From an uncultured bacterium (lineage in GTDB: Bacteria; Zixibacteria; MSB-5A5; GN15; FEB-12), in the NCBI GenBank assembly GCA_965372795.1, contig CBDVDR010000004.1, forward strand, positions 161,449-225,448: a stretch of 64,000 bases of DNA. Reading direction: 5' to 3'. The notes below the pieces were generated by a model, which saw only the letters and a program-made list of their open reading frames with translations, made no database searches and was not told the DNA's origin. Of the stretch, positions 1 to 8,909 are shown piece after piece. A program made the position numbers and the translations under genes. Every line of letters starts with the position of its first letter. Position 1 is the first letter of the stretch.

Positions 1-8
1 ATGCTAAG

Positions 9-2549
9 TTATTTTATCATAACCAGCTTTTTTGAAATAATTTTCTTATCAGTTTCCATTCGATATAAATAAATCCCACTCGGTGCCGTTTGCCCCTTAT
101 TATCTTTTCCATCCCAGTGATAATTATGATAACCGGCAGGAACTGACATATTTACCAGATTACGAATTTTTTGCCCAAGAGCATTATAAATGGTCAGCCT
201 TACATAAGATCTTTCCGGCAGGGCAAGCCTGATAACCGTACCGGCATTAAATGGATTGGGATAGTTCTGCCCTAACTGGAAATTCAATGGCAATAACTCA
301 TCTGAAAATTCAGCAACCTCTGTCTGAATATCTTCACAGGCATCACCGATTCCATTGCCATTTGAATCATCCTGAGTCGGATTAAATGTTTCTATACAAT
401 TATCAGGACTCTTCAAAACATATCCATCCGGTTTTTCACATCCGACTTCTAATAACAACGTATCACCATAACCATCGTTATCAGAATCAAAATACCAGTT
501 AGATAATGGATTTATTTCTGAATTTGAATCATCACAATCAGTATTATCCAGAACATAATTCTGGTAGTCCTCACAGGCTGTTACAAACAGAGCCGGATTA
601 CCAAAATTGTCACCATCAATGTCGGCGTACCAAAGAATCGACGGATTTAGGTTTTGATCGCCATCGTCACAATCTTGATTGTTGGAGACATAGCCAATTA
701 CAGAATCACAACTAATGATTGAGTCTACCGGGTTCCCGAAATTATCATTATCAGCATCAGCATACCAGACAGCATCCGGATTTAACGCTGGATCAGAGTC
801 ATCACAATCGGTATTATCAGCAACAAAACCATCCGGTTTCAAACAAGTATCTTTAGGAGAATTGATATTTCCAAACCCATCTCGATCAACATCCTCATAC
901 CAGATTAGATCAGGATTAATATTTTCATCACTATCATCACAGTCAGAATTGTTTATTACATAACCATCAGGCTGTTCACAATCTGTCAGTACAACCTCAA
1001 TATTTCCAAACCCGTCCTGATCATAATCTTCATACCATTTTGTATTTGGGTTGATTTTATCGTTGGTATCATCACAGTCGTCCGGATTAGCAACGTATCC
1101 TTCAATTGCTTCACATTGGGAAATTTTATAATTAACATTACCAAATCCATCACCATCGGTATCTTCATACCAGAGCGAAGTTGGATTTGAATCAATATCG
1201 GTATCATCACAATCGGTATTATCTAAAACATAGCCTGGTGGCTGTTCACATTGCTGTAATGTATTATCAATATTGCCATATCCGTCACCATCGGAGTCCA
1301 GATACCAGATAGTTTCAGGATTAAACACCGGATCTTCAGCCTGGCAATCACAGGCATCACCATAGCCATCATTGTCAGAATCTATTTGGTCGAAGTCACT
1401 GTCTTCCGGACAAATATCACAAAGATCGCCGATATTATCATTATCAACATCAGACTGGTCGGGGTTGGACAAATCTAAACAGTTGTCAACATCTCCGCAA
1501 ACGCCATCTTCATCAATATCATTGTCCGGATCATTATTACAAAAATCACAGGCATCACCAACACCGTCATTGTCAATATCTTCCTGTAAAGGATTAAAAG
1601 TTGAATCACAATTATCTAAATCCCCGCAGATATCATCCTGATCAAAATCATTTTCAGGATCATAATCACAAATGTCACAGGCATCACCCATCCCGTCACC
1701 ATCAGTATCTAACTGATCCAGATTATCAAAATATTTACAATTATCACACCTGTCTCCAACTCCATCCCCATCAGCATCCTCTTGATCCTGATTGCCAACC
1801 GTTGGACAATTATCAATACCGTCACAATACCCGTCAAAATCTATATCTTCACCGGGAATAGTTGGACATCGGTCACAAACATCACCAATTCCGTCTCCAT
1901 CCCTGTCTGCCTGATCGTAGTTCTGAATAAAAGGACAGTTGTCATAGTTTTCACAGATTTGATCATCATCTGAATCATCTTTACACTTTAAGCCAGATCC
2001 ATACGGAGTCGGATCACACAGATCACCAATTGAGTCACCATCGCTATCGAGCTGATCAGGGTTATAATTTAAAGGACAATTATCCCAAAAATCCGGATAA
2101 CCATCATTATCAGAATCAACTTGGTTATCCTCAAACTCAACCAGAATTGATGCAAAGAGCAAATTACTTGATGATTTATTTAAATCCTCTATAGAAAATT
2201 CAATTTTTGAGGGAATGCCGTTAACCGAAACCGAATAATAATTTGAAAATTGTTCGGAGCTAGTTAGTTCATCTTTATTATAATCATAGAACAATTGCAA
2301 CGGTCCGAAAAAACCGTCATCTTCAATTGTGAATTCCCCTCTTAGAATATTACCCTGTTCATAGATATAAACCTTTATCCCCTGAGCTACCGGTTGTCCG
2401 GAAATTTGGATTGTTCCATAAACATCAACATAAGAATCGGTAGCCTCTACTTCGGCAAAAACTGATGATGAGGCAAAAATTAATAAGATCAGGAGTGCAA
2501 AAACATAATTCTTTTGTGAAAATTTAAGATGCTTATTATTGATATACAT
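9..2549 (-). CDS. Secreted Ca-binding repeat protein: thrombospondin type-3 repeats, 7 'DCDD..NP..WY.D.D.D.(F/Y)G' (MopE-related) repeats and a C-terminal FlgD-Ig/T9SS-A-like sorting domain
   Basis: Signal peptide ending near SSVFA; about a dozen DxDxDGxGDxCDxC repeats; C-terminus LGQNYPNPFN...IYNALGQKIRNL...HWDGKD..G..APSGIYLYRM. Confidence 0.9.
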   Translation of the reverse strand: MYINNKHLKFSQKNYVFALLILLIFASSSVFAEVEATDSYVDVYGTIQISGQPVAQGIKVYIYEQGNILRGEFTIEDDGFFGPLQLFYDYNKDELTSSEQFSNYYSVSVNGIPSKIEFSIEDLNKSSSNLLFASILVEFEDNQVDSDNDGYPDFWDNCPLNYNPDQLDSDGDSIGDLCDPTPYGSGLKCKDDSDDDQICENYDNCPFIQNYDQADRDGDGIGDVCDRCPTIPGEDIDFDGYCDGIDNCPTVGNQDQEDADGDGVGDRCDNCKYFDNLDQLDTDGDGMGDACDICDYDPENDFDQDDICGDLDNCDSTFNPLQEDIDNDGVGDACDFCNNDPDNDIDEDGVCGDVDNCLDLSNPDQSDVDNDNIGDLCDICPEDSDFDQIDSDNDGYGDACDCQAEDPVFNPETIWYLDSDGDGYGNIDNTLQQCEQPPGYVLDNTDCDDTDIDSNPTSLWYEDTDGDGFGNVNYKISQCEAIEGYVANPDDCDDTNDKINPNTKWYEDYDQDGFGNIEVVLTDCEQPDGYVINNSDCDDSDENINPDLIWYEDVDRDGFGNINSPKDTCLKPDGFVADNTDCDDSDPALNPDAVWYADADNDNFGNPVDSIISCDSVIGYVSNNQDCDDGDQNLNPSILWYADIDGDNFGNPALFVTACEDYQNYVLDNTDCDDSNSEINPLSNWYFDSDNDGYGDTLLLEVGCEKPDGYVLKSPDNCIETFNPTQDDSNGNGIGDACEDIQTEVAEFSDELLPLNFQLGQNYPNPFNAGTVIRLALPERSYVRLTIYNALGQKIRNLVNMSVPAGYHNYHWDGKDNKGQTAPSGIYLYRMETDKKIISKKLVMIK

Positions 2550-2780
2550 GCTCTCTTTCTGATCAATATTGTATATATCTATGTCTCAGAATTTGAAATT
2601 TCCTTACAAACAAAATTATTATTATTTTAAAGCAAATAACAATGATTTTTTCAGGTTCAATCCCTTAAACAGATCCTAATTATCAAACGAATATTATCTG
2701 ATTTTGTTTACGAAATTTCCTCAAAACTACATTTTGATGGATGATTATTTTGGTCTTATATTATAACATAATATATTATT

Positions 2781-2797
2781 TGTGCATAAAATGCGCA
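2781..2797. promoter_or_regulatory. Candidate enhancer-binding-protein site (imperfect palindrome TGTGCA-N5-TGCGCA)
   Basis: Palindrome about 125 bp upstream of a sigma-54-like element; TGT-N11-GCA resembles bEBP enhancer geometry. Confidence 0.35.
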
Positions 2798-2921
2798 TTT
2801 CATTTCATAATAACTTTATAAACTGATGTTTCCGTGGTCAATACCCTTACTGCTATTCCCATGACTATCAATAAGATAAGCTAATAATCACTGTTTTATT
2901 TACTTCCTGTTATTCTTGGAT

Positions 2922-2936
2922 TGGCATTTGCTATGA
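2922..2936 (+). promoter_or_regulatory. Candidate sigma-54 promoter for the PEP-CTERM gene
   Basis: TGGCAtttgctATGA: GG at 2923-24 and GA (consensus GC) exactly 12 bp later; about 60 bp upstream of ATG 2998. Confidence 0.35.
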
Positions 2937-2997
2937 TATTAAACGTAAAATAACATCAGGTAAACATTAGATAATTATAGAACGGATTGACAACAGA

Positions 2998-3591
2998 ATG
3001 AAAAAAATTATTCCTGGGTTAATAATAGCTGGTCTGATAATGACAGCTTTTTTTAATGTAAGCGCTGCAGTTCATACCTTTACCCCTACTCCTGCAGATA
3101 TTTACGATTTAGATCATTACCGTGCCTATACCTGGGGTGTTGATTGGGGACCGGCTGATGGTGAAACAATTGAAGATGTTGTTTTAACATTTGACAATAT
3201 CCGTAATTGGAGAGATGAACCGAATAATCTGTTTATCCACCTATTTGATGCGACTCCTTCGGGGCTTACCGTTATTGATGATGGTAATCCGGTAATAGCT
3301 GATTATTTTGATGGTCAGGGCTTATTAATTGATGCCTGGAGTGACCCGGTTTCTGCCGGTTATTTCGGTGATGGCATCCAGCTCTCATATAGTTTTTCTG
3401 AATTAGGTTTTCTTGATGATTTTGTTTCGGCTTCGGCTGATGGAAATTTTGGTTTCGGGTTTGATCCTGATTGCCATTATTGGAATGATGGTGTCACCCT
3501 TACTGTCACAACTTCGACTCCTGAACCGGCTACTTTAATTCTGCTTGCCTTAGGTCTCTGTGGTGGAGCTGTAGTAAGAAAATTATCCTGA
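2998..3591 (+). CDS. PEP-CTERM sorting domain protein
   Basis: Signal peptide; C-terminal TPEPATLILLALGLCGGAVVRKLS (PEP + TM helix + basic tail). Confidence 0.92.
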   Translation: MKKIIPGLIIAGLIMTAFFNVSAAVHTFTPTPADIYDLDHYRAYTWGVDWGPADGETIEDVVLTFDNIRNWRDEPNNLFIHLFDATPSGLTVIDDGNPVIADYFDGQGLLIDAWSDPVSAGYFGDGIQLSYSFSELGFLDDFVSASADGNFGFGFDPDCHYWNDGVTLTVTTSTPEPATLILLALGLCGGAVVRKLS

Positions 3592-3611
3592 TTATAAATA
3601 TTTGATTTTAT

Positions 3612-3645
3612 AAATCCTGCTCTTAATTAAGAGTGGGATTTTTTT
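3612..3645 (+). terminator. Intrinsic terminator
   Basis: aaatcctgctctt-aatt-aagagtgggattt plus T-run right after the PEP-CTERM stop. Confidence 0.75.
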
Positions 3646-3693
3646 ATACATTTTTTGCAAACTTTATCTGTTTATGACAGTATATTATATGAA

Positions 3694-4989
3694 ATGATTT
3701 CAAGACGCAAATTTAACAAATTTATAGCATCTATGCCGCTTGCATTATCTTTTAATTCTCTAATAGGATGCTCCGATAATATGAGTGTGAATGATTTCCC
3801 GCCACAGACCCAGGCTACAATTTATAAATCAACATCCACCGATATCCCCAAAGCTGTTAATTCCTTGATCGAATCAATTGGCGGAATAAACTCAATTTTT
3901 GGCAACGAAGATATTATCATATTAAAACCTAACAGTCAGTGGTGGAATCAGGGAACGACCAACACCGATGTCATGGCAGCTTTTATTGACCAAATTCTCA
4001 ATATACCGAATTTCAAAGGGGAAATAATAATTGCTGATAATCATCAATCAGAAACTCCCAACGATCGGGGCTGGTCAACTGAAAATCGTAATGGCCGCTT
4101 TAACCTGAATGAACTGGTAGAGTATTTTAATGACCGTGGGTTCCCAAACGTATCAAAATATCATTGGCATCCGGCTGGAGCCAACCCGACCCCCTTGCAA
4201 TTTGGAGGACAAGGAGAATCGGTTATCAAGCATCCATCGGAAGGCGATGGGTATATCTGGAATGAAAAATTCTTCTATCAGTGTCCTTATGGCAATAAAT
4301 CAATACTGGCTTATCCGGTTTTTACATCAACATATAGCGGCACAACTATTGATTTAAAAGATGGAGCTTTTAAAGATGGCAAATATATTGACCAACAGGT
4401 TAAATTTATAAATTTTTCAGCCCTAAACCATCACGGTCAATATGCCGGAGTTACAGCCTCAATTAAAAACCTGATGGGCGTTGTTGATATGTCATGCGGT
4501 TACCCGGCTCCTCAACCTGATAATTGTTTTAATACTCATCATATCGGCGCCTCGAGTGCTTTCCGGTTTTTAGTTAATCAAGCCGATAAACTTGGCAAAC
4601 TTCCCTACTATCGCCACCTTTTAAACCATCGCTCAGTATTCAGATTCGAATACACCGGAGGAGTGCTTGGAAAATTCATGAGTACCATTCGAAAACCTGA
4701 CCTGAATATTATCACCGCCATAAACATCGGTTGGGGGTCAAGAACTGACCTATCCAAAGTCTTTAAAGCTGATACTATCTTAGCGTCCAAAGATCAGGTC
4801 GCCCTTGATTACTGGTCAGCCAAAGAAATTCTTTGGAAAGCCTCAAAAAAATCAGGGGCACCCGAGTATATACTTAAATTAAATAATCCGGATACTGAAA
4901 ATAGCCGTTTGATGGCTTTTATCGAGGAGTGCCGAAGAGAAATAGGCGGCACAACTGATCAAAATATGATAACGGTAATCGAATCATAG
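3694..4989 (+). CDS. DUF362-family protein with Tat (lipo)protein signal
   Basis: Start moved to MISRRKF (twin-arginine); lipobox-like LIGC; motifs IILKPN, LNHHG..AGVTASIKNLMG, DQVALD. Confidence 0.75.
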   Translation: MISRRKFNKFIASMPLALSFNSLIGCSDNMSVNDFPPQTQATIYKSTSTDIPKAVNSLIESIGGINSIFGNEDIIILKPNSQWWNQGTTNTDVMAAFIDQILNIPNFKGEIIIADNHQSETPNDRGWSTENRNGRFNLNELVEYFNDRGFPNVSKYHWHPAGANPTPLQFGGQGESVIKHPSEGDGYIWNEKFFYQCPYGNKSILAYPVFTSTYSGTTIDLKDGAFKDGKYIDQQVKFINFSALNHHGQYAGVTASIKNLMGVVDMSCGYPAPQPDNCFNTHHIGASSAFRFLVNQADKLGKLPYYRHLLNHRSVFRFEYTGGVLGKFMSTIRKPDLNIITAINIGWGSRTDLSKVFKADTILASKDQVALDYWSAKEILWKASKKSGAPEYILKLNNPDTENSRLMAFIEECRREIGGTTDQNMITVIES

Positions 4990-5091
4990 TTTATAATTTT
5001 ATTCTTTATTGTAGATAAAAGACAATTAGAGTCCTTTATCTGAAAAACAACACCTGAGCCTTTGAGGTTTGAATTGAGGGTTGTTTAAACC

Positions 5092-5120
5092 TTGACTAAA
5101 AGTGAATAATTAAATATTTT
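5092..5120 (+). promoter_or_regulatory. Candidate sigma-70 promoter
   Basis: TTGACT-17 bp-TATTTT upstream of ATG 5177. Confidence 0.35.
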
Positions 5121-5176
5121 TAATAGTTAGAAGTAATTTAAATTTCTTAACAACTTGACTCCAGAATAAGATTAAG

Positions 5177-6511
5177 ATGAAACAAATAAATCGCAGAAAA
5201 TTTATAAAAAATTTTTCGACCCTTACCAGCGGCGTATTGTTTGGCGGATCTCTTCTTAGCCCGTATAATTTTGCCTTAGCTCAAACCAGCCGTAACTACA
5301 AATCATCTATTTATATTGCCAAAAACGGTACCCCCGAGGAGAATGTAAACAAAGTCATTCAAATGAAATTTGGCAGTATTGAGCAATTTATAGGATATGA
5401 TGATGTCGTAATTATAAACCCGAACGGACAATGGCATAGTCAAGGGGCTACAAACTGCGAAACTATCATGGGTTTGATTAATCTGGTTCTGAATCGACCC
5501 GGCGGTTTCGACGGAGAAATTATAGTTACTGAAAATACCCAGTTTCAGACTCATGGCTATTGGGATGTTAGCTCAGCCGGTCTTATCAGAAACGGACCGT
5601 ATAATTTTCAAGATATGATTTCATATTACCAAAATTTGGGACATAGCAATGTTACCGGAGTCAGACTATGGCGTCAAATTGATGATCCTGAAAATTGGCC
5701 CGTGATATCATCACCTGCCGATGGACAGGGCTGGGTCAGACCCGAATGGGTATCACCGACTACAGGCTGTTTACTATATCTTCCTTATCCTGTAATTCGA
5801 TCTCCTTATTCTAACCGATTAATTGATCTTAAAAACGGGGTTTATGAAAACGGTTACAATCAAAATGTCAGTGTAAAATTTATTAAAATGCCAACCTTGA
5901 ATAATCACGGCTGGAGCGGAGACCAGGACTATGCCGGCATTACCAGCGCTGTAAAATCATTTTTGGGAATCACCGAACTTGAAGGCGATTACCGCGGAGC
6001 CTTTGCCGATGGCCACCGCCATATGCATACTTATGATGACTTCTGCCATGGTAATACTATCAGTCTCAAAGCTTTTACTGCCGGAGAAGCGGTGGGGGCT
6101 TGGTTGAACTATTGCCGGATGCCCGATGCTATCCTCACTACCGCCGAATGGGTTGGCTGGGAAAGCAGAATTGATGCCGGGGCAGTTAATGCTAAAACAG
6201 TAGGGCTGGGTGATGATCCGGCGACCCTTGATTACTATATGAGCAAGTATGTTCTGTGGCCTACTCACACCGAACAATTATATTTCGATCCTAACTATGA
6301 TATAGCAAATAATAGAACCCGACAAACAATAAACGGCTGTATGCAAATGGGATTCGGAACCACCGATGAAGAACTGATCGCCGCATATATATATGATTAT
6401 AACCAACCGGTAACATTCCGATTTGAAATTGACCGGATGATTAAAAAATTCCGGGATGGTGAAGCTACCGAACAGGATGTTCTTAATCTGATAGATTCCT
6501 TTAATCAATAA
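5177..6511 (+). CDS. DUF362-family protein with Tat signal (paralogue of the upstream gene)
   Basis: INRRKFIK twin-arginine, ALA cleavage site; VIINPNGQW, LNNHG..YAGITSAVKSFLG and DPATLD align with the preceding protein. Confidence 0.75.
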   Translation: MKQINRRKFIKNFSTLTSGVLFGGSLLSPYNFALAQTSRNYKSSIYIAKNGTPEENVNKVIQMKFGSIEQFIGYDDVVIINPNGQWHSQGATNCETIMGLINLVLNRPGGFDGEIIVTENTQFQTHGYWDVSSAGLIRNGPYNFQDMISYYQNLGHSNVTGVRLWRQIDDPENWPVISSPADGQGWVRPEWVSPTTGCLLYLPYPVIRSPYSNRLIDLKNGVYENGYNQNVSVKFIKMPTLNNHGWSGDQDYAGITSAVKSFLGITELEGDYRGAFADGHRHMHTYDDFCHGNTISLKAFTAGEAVGAWLNYCRMPDAILTTAEWVGWESRIDAGAVNAKTVGLGDDPATLDYYMSKYVLWPTHTEQLYFDPNYDIANNRTRQTINGCMQMGFGTTDEELIAAYIYDYNQPVTFRFEIDRMIKKFRDGEATEQDVLNLIDSFNQ

Positions 6512-6537
6512 TTTTTGACATAGATTTTTTATAAGGC

Positions 6538-7233
6538 ATGGGCAACAAATATCTCTCAAAACTAAATTTTCTCGGGAGTTTAATTAATAAGAAAAACTAT
6601 AACGGCTTTTTCTATGAATTAACAAAAATGCTTCCCTTCTGGTTATATCGGTTTAATGCCGGATGCATTATGAAAACCGACAATCATAAAATTATAACCC
6701 GCGAAAACAAACGCTTTGTATTTATGGATAGTACCCTTGAGGATATAGATGAAATTGCTTCTTTTTCAGAACTTCCAAAATACCATATCGCTAACAGATT
6801 TAAAAATGGTGATTCGTGCTATCTGGGTAAAGACCTTGAGAATAACAATAAAATTGTCGCTACTCTCTGGTATCATGCCGGTCCGGCCTACATAAAAGGC
6901 TTCGGCTATAAACTTCTAAATGAACCTAATGACACTTATCTTTACAACGGATTATCCGCTCCTGAAGTTAGATTAACCGGAATATTCAATACTCTGATGA
7001 AAGAGATACATGAATACCGTCAAAAACAAGGCTGTAAAACGTTTTTTGCTTTGATCGAATTTTGGAATAATGTTTCGTTTCGATATCATACCCGGCTGAA
7101 TTATGAAGTTCTTCACAAAATTTTCTATATTAAAATTCTGATCTTTAGATTTTCAATTATGATCGATGAAAAGTCAAAGAAAAAGAAAATTCACCTGTTC
7201 TTTTCTGACCCTGAGCAAATGCACAAATTATAA
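6538..7233 (+). CDS. GNAT-like acyltransferase (putative)
   Basis: YLYNGLSAPEVRLTGIF resembles GNAT motif A; N..SFRYHTRLNY resembles motif B. Confidence 0.6.
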   Translation: MGNKYLSKLNFLGSLINKKNYNGFFYELTKMLPFWLYRFNAGCIMKTDNHKIITRENKRFVFMDSTLEDIDEIASFSELPKYHIANRFKNGDSCYLGKDLENNNKIVATLWYHAGPAYIKGFGYKLLNEPNDTYLYNGLSAPEVRLTGIFNTLMKEIHEYRQKQGCKTFFALIEFWNNVSFRYHTRLNYEVLHKIFYIKILIFRFSIMIDEKSKKKKIHLFFSDPEQMHKL

Positions 7234-7376
7234 CTATTCAATTATATTTCGTTTATCAAACGAAATATAATCTTAGAAAGTTACAAACTATCACTTCATA
7301 AAAAATAGTAGATTTTAAATTTAGTATATGATATTTAAAAGAAGGAAAAAACATTCGGATAACCGATAAACTTACA

Positions 7377-8882
7377 ATGGAAAACGTAAAAAGCAGACTT
7401 GTCAAAAATATGCTCTCTAATTGGGCTGGAACAGTTATCGGAGCTGCGATAGCCTTATTGATGGCACCTTTTCTGGTCCATACTCTTGGTAAAGATGAGT
7501 ATGGCGTCTGGGTCCTGATTTTTTCAATTGTCTCATATACAAATTTCTTTGATGCCGGCATGAAACAAAGCCTGGCGAGATATTTCCCTAAATATTACGG
7601 TACCGGCGATTATGAGAATTTAAATAAATCGATCAACTCAAGTTTATTAATTTATGTTATAACCGGCACTCTTGTAGTTGGTGTTACTTTGATAATTTCT
7701 TTCTTCTTTTTAGATCTGTTCAAACAACCCCCCGGCCTGTTACCGGCCATGAAAATATCGTTGATCTTTGTCGGTTTTAATAATGCTACTTACTTTTTCT
7801 TCATGCCTATTGCTGCTCTGGGTCCGTTTCATCGCTATGACCTTCTAAATTCAATCGAAATCACAAAATCAATCGTTGTTGCCCTGTTGATATATTATTT
7901 TGTTATCAATGGCTATGGCATTGTTGCTATGGGGGCCATTACCTTTACAACAAGCTTGATTGCTTTTATAATCAGACGAATAGTTCAACAGCGTTTAGTT
8001 CCCCAGATTGAAATTAATAGAAAATACGTCGACCGCGAGCAAATTCGTAATTTAGTAAATTATGGAGGCATCAGTTTTTTCATTGTGATCGCCTGGTTAA
8101 TAATTTTTAACACCAGCAATATCTTAATCGGGATGTTTATATCAACGGCGGCTGTTACGATTTACTCTATCGCCGGAACTTTGATAAATTATCTGCGAGT
8201 AATCATCACTGCTATCGGTACCCCGCTTGTGCCAACGGTAAGCCATCTTGAGTCTACATCTCAATTTGAAGAGATAAATAAAATTTACAAAAAATCGACC
8301 CGTTATTTGTTTTTCCTATCGGCTTCAATCTGTCTTGGAATGTTTTTCTTTGTTGATGATTTTATAAATCTATGGATGGGACCCGGCTTCCAGGAAACAA
8401 TTGAGATTTTGTATATCTTAATAATTCCGGCTTCAATTTATCTCCCCCAGATCATGGCAAATTCGATTCTACTGGGAATTGGAAAACATAAGTCTTTGCT
8501 GATTATTTTAATCATCGAAGCGATCAGTAATATTATACTCAGTCTTATATTGATTAGATATTATGGTATCTTCGGCGTAGCAATGGGAACTATCATTCCC
8601 CAGTCAATTATCTATATATTTATTTTCCCGATTATTTTCCACCGAATTATCAAAGCGGATATCAAACAGTTTTATATCCAAAATACAAAAATCATACTCT
8701 ATTGCATTATTGTAATTGCTCCGATTGGCTACCTCTTAAATCAATATTTGACTTTTGATAACTGGCTCGGTTTTATATTTAAAGTATTTATCGTAGGATT
8801 ATTCGGATTAGGTTTGTTCTGGTTTAAAATAATTGAAGATGATGACAAATTACGAGTCTTAAGAAAAATTAAAAAACAATAA
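7377..8882 (+). CDS. wzx: Oligosaccharide flippase (Wzx/MOP family)
   Basis: Many TM helices (about 14); LVHTLGKDEYGVW N-terminal motif; YYGIFGVAMGT. Confidence 0.88.
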   Translation: MENVKSRLVKNMLSNWAGTVIGAAIALLMAPFLVHTLGKDEYGVWVLIFSIVSYTNFFDAGMKQSLARYFPKYYGTGDYENLNKSINSSLLIYVITGTLVVGVTLIISFFFLDLFKQPPGLLPAMKISLIFVGFNNATYFFFMPIAALGPFHRYDLLNSIEITKSIVVALLIYYFVINGYGIVAMGAITFTTSLIAFIIRRIVQQRLVPQIEINRKYVDREQIRNLVNYGGISFFIVIAWLIIFNTSNILIGMFISTAAVTIYSIAGTLINYLRVIITAIGTPLVPTVSHLESTSQFEEINKIYKKSTRYLFFLSASICLGMFFFVDDFINLWMGPGFQETIEILYILIIPASIYLPQIMANSILLGIGKHKSLLIILIIEAISNIILSLILIRYYGIFGVAMGTIIPQSIIYIFIFPIIFHRIIKADIKQFYIQNTKIILYCIIVIAPIGYLLNQYLTFDNWLGFIFKVFIVGLFGLGLFWFKIIEDDDKLRVLRKIKKQ

Positions 8883-8909
8883 TTGTTAATATAAAATTGA
8901 TGAAATTAA

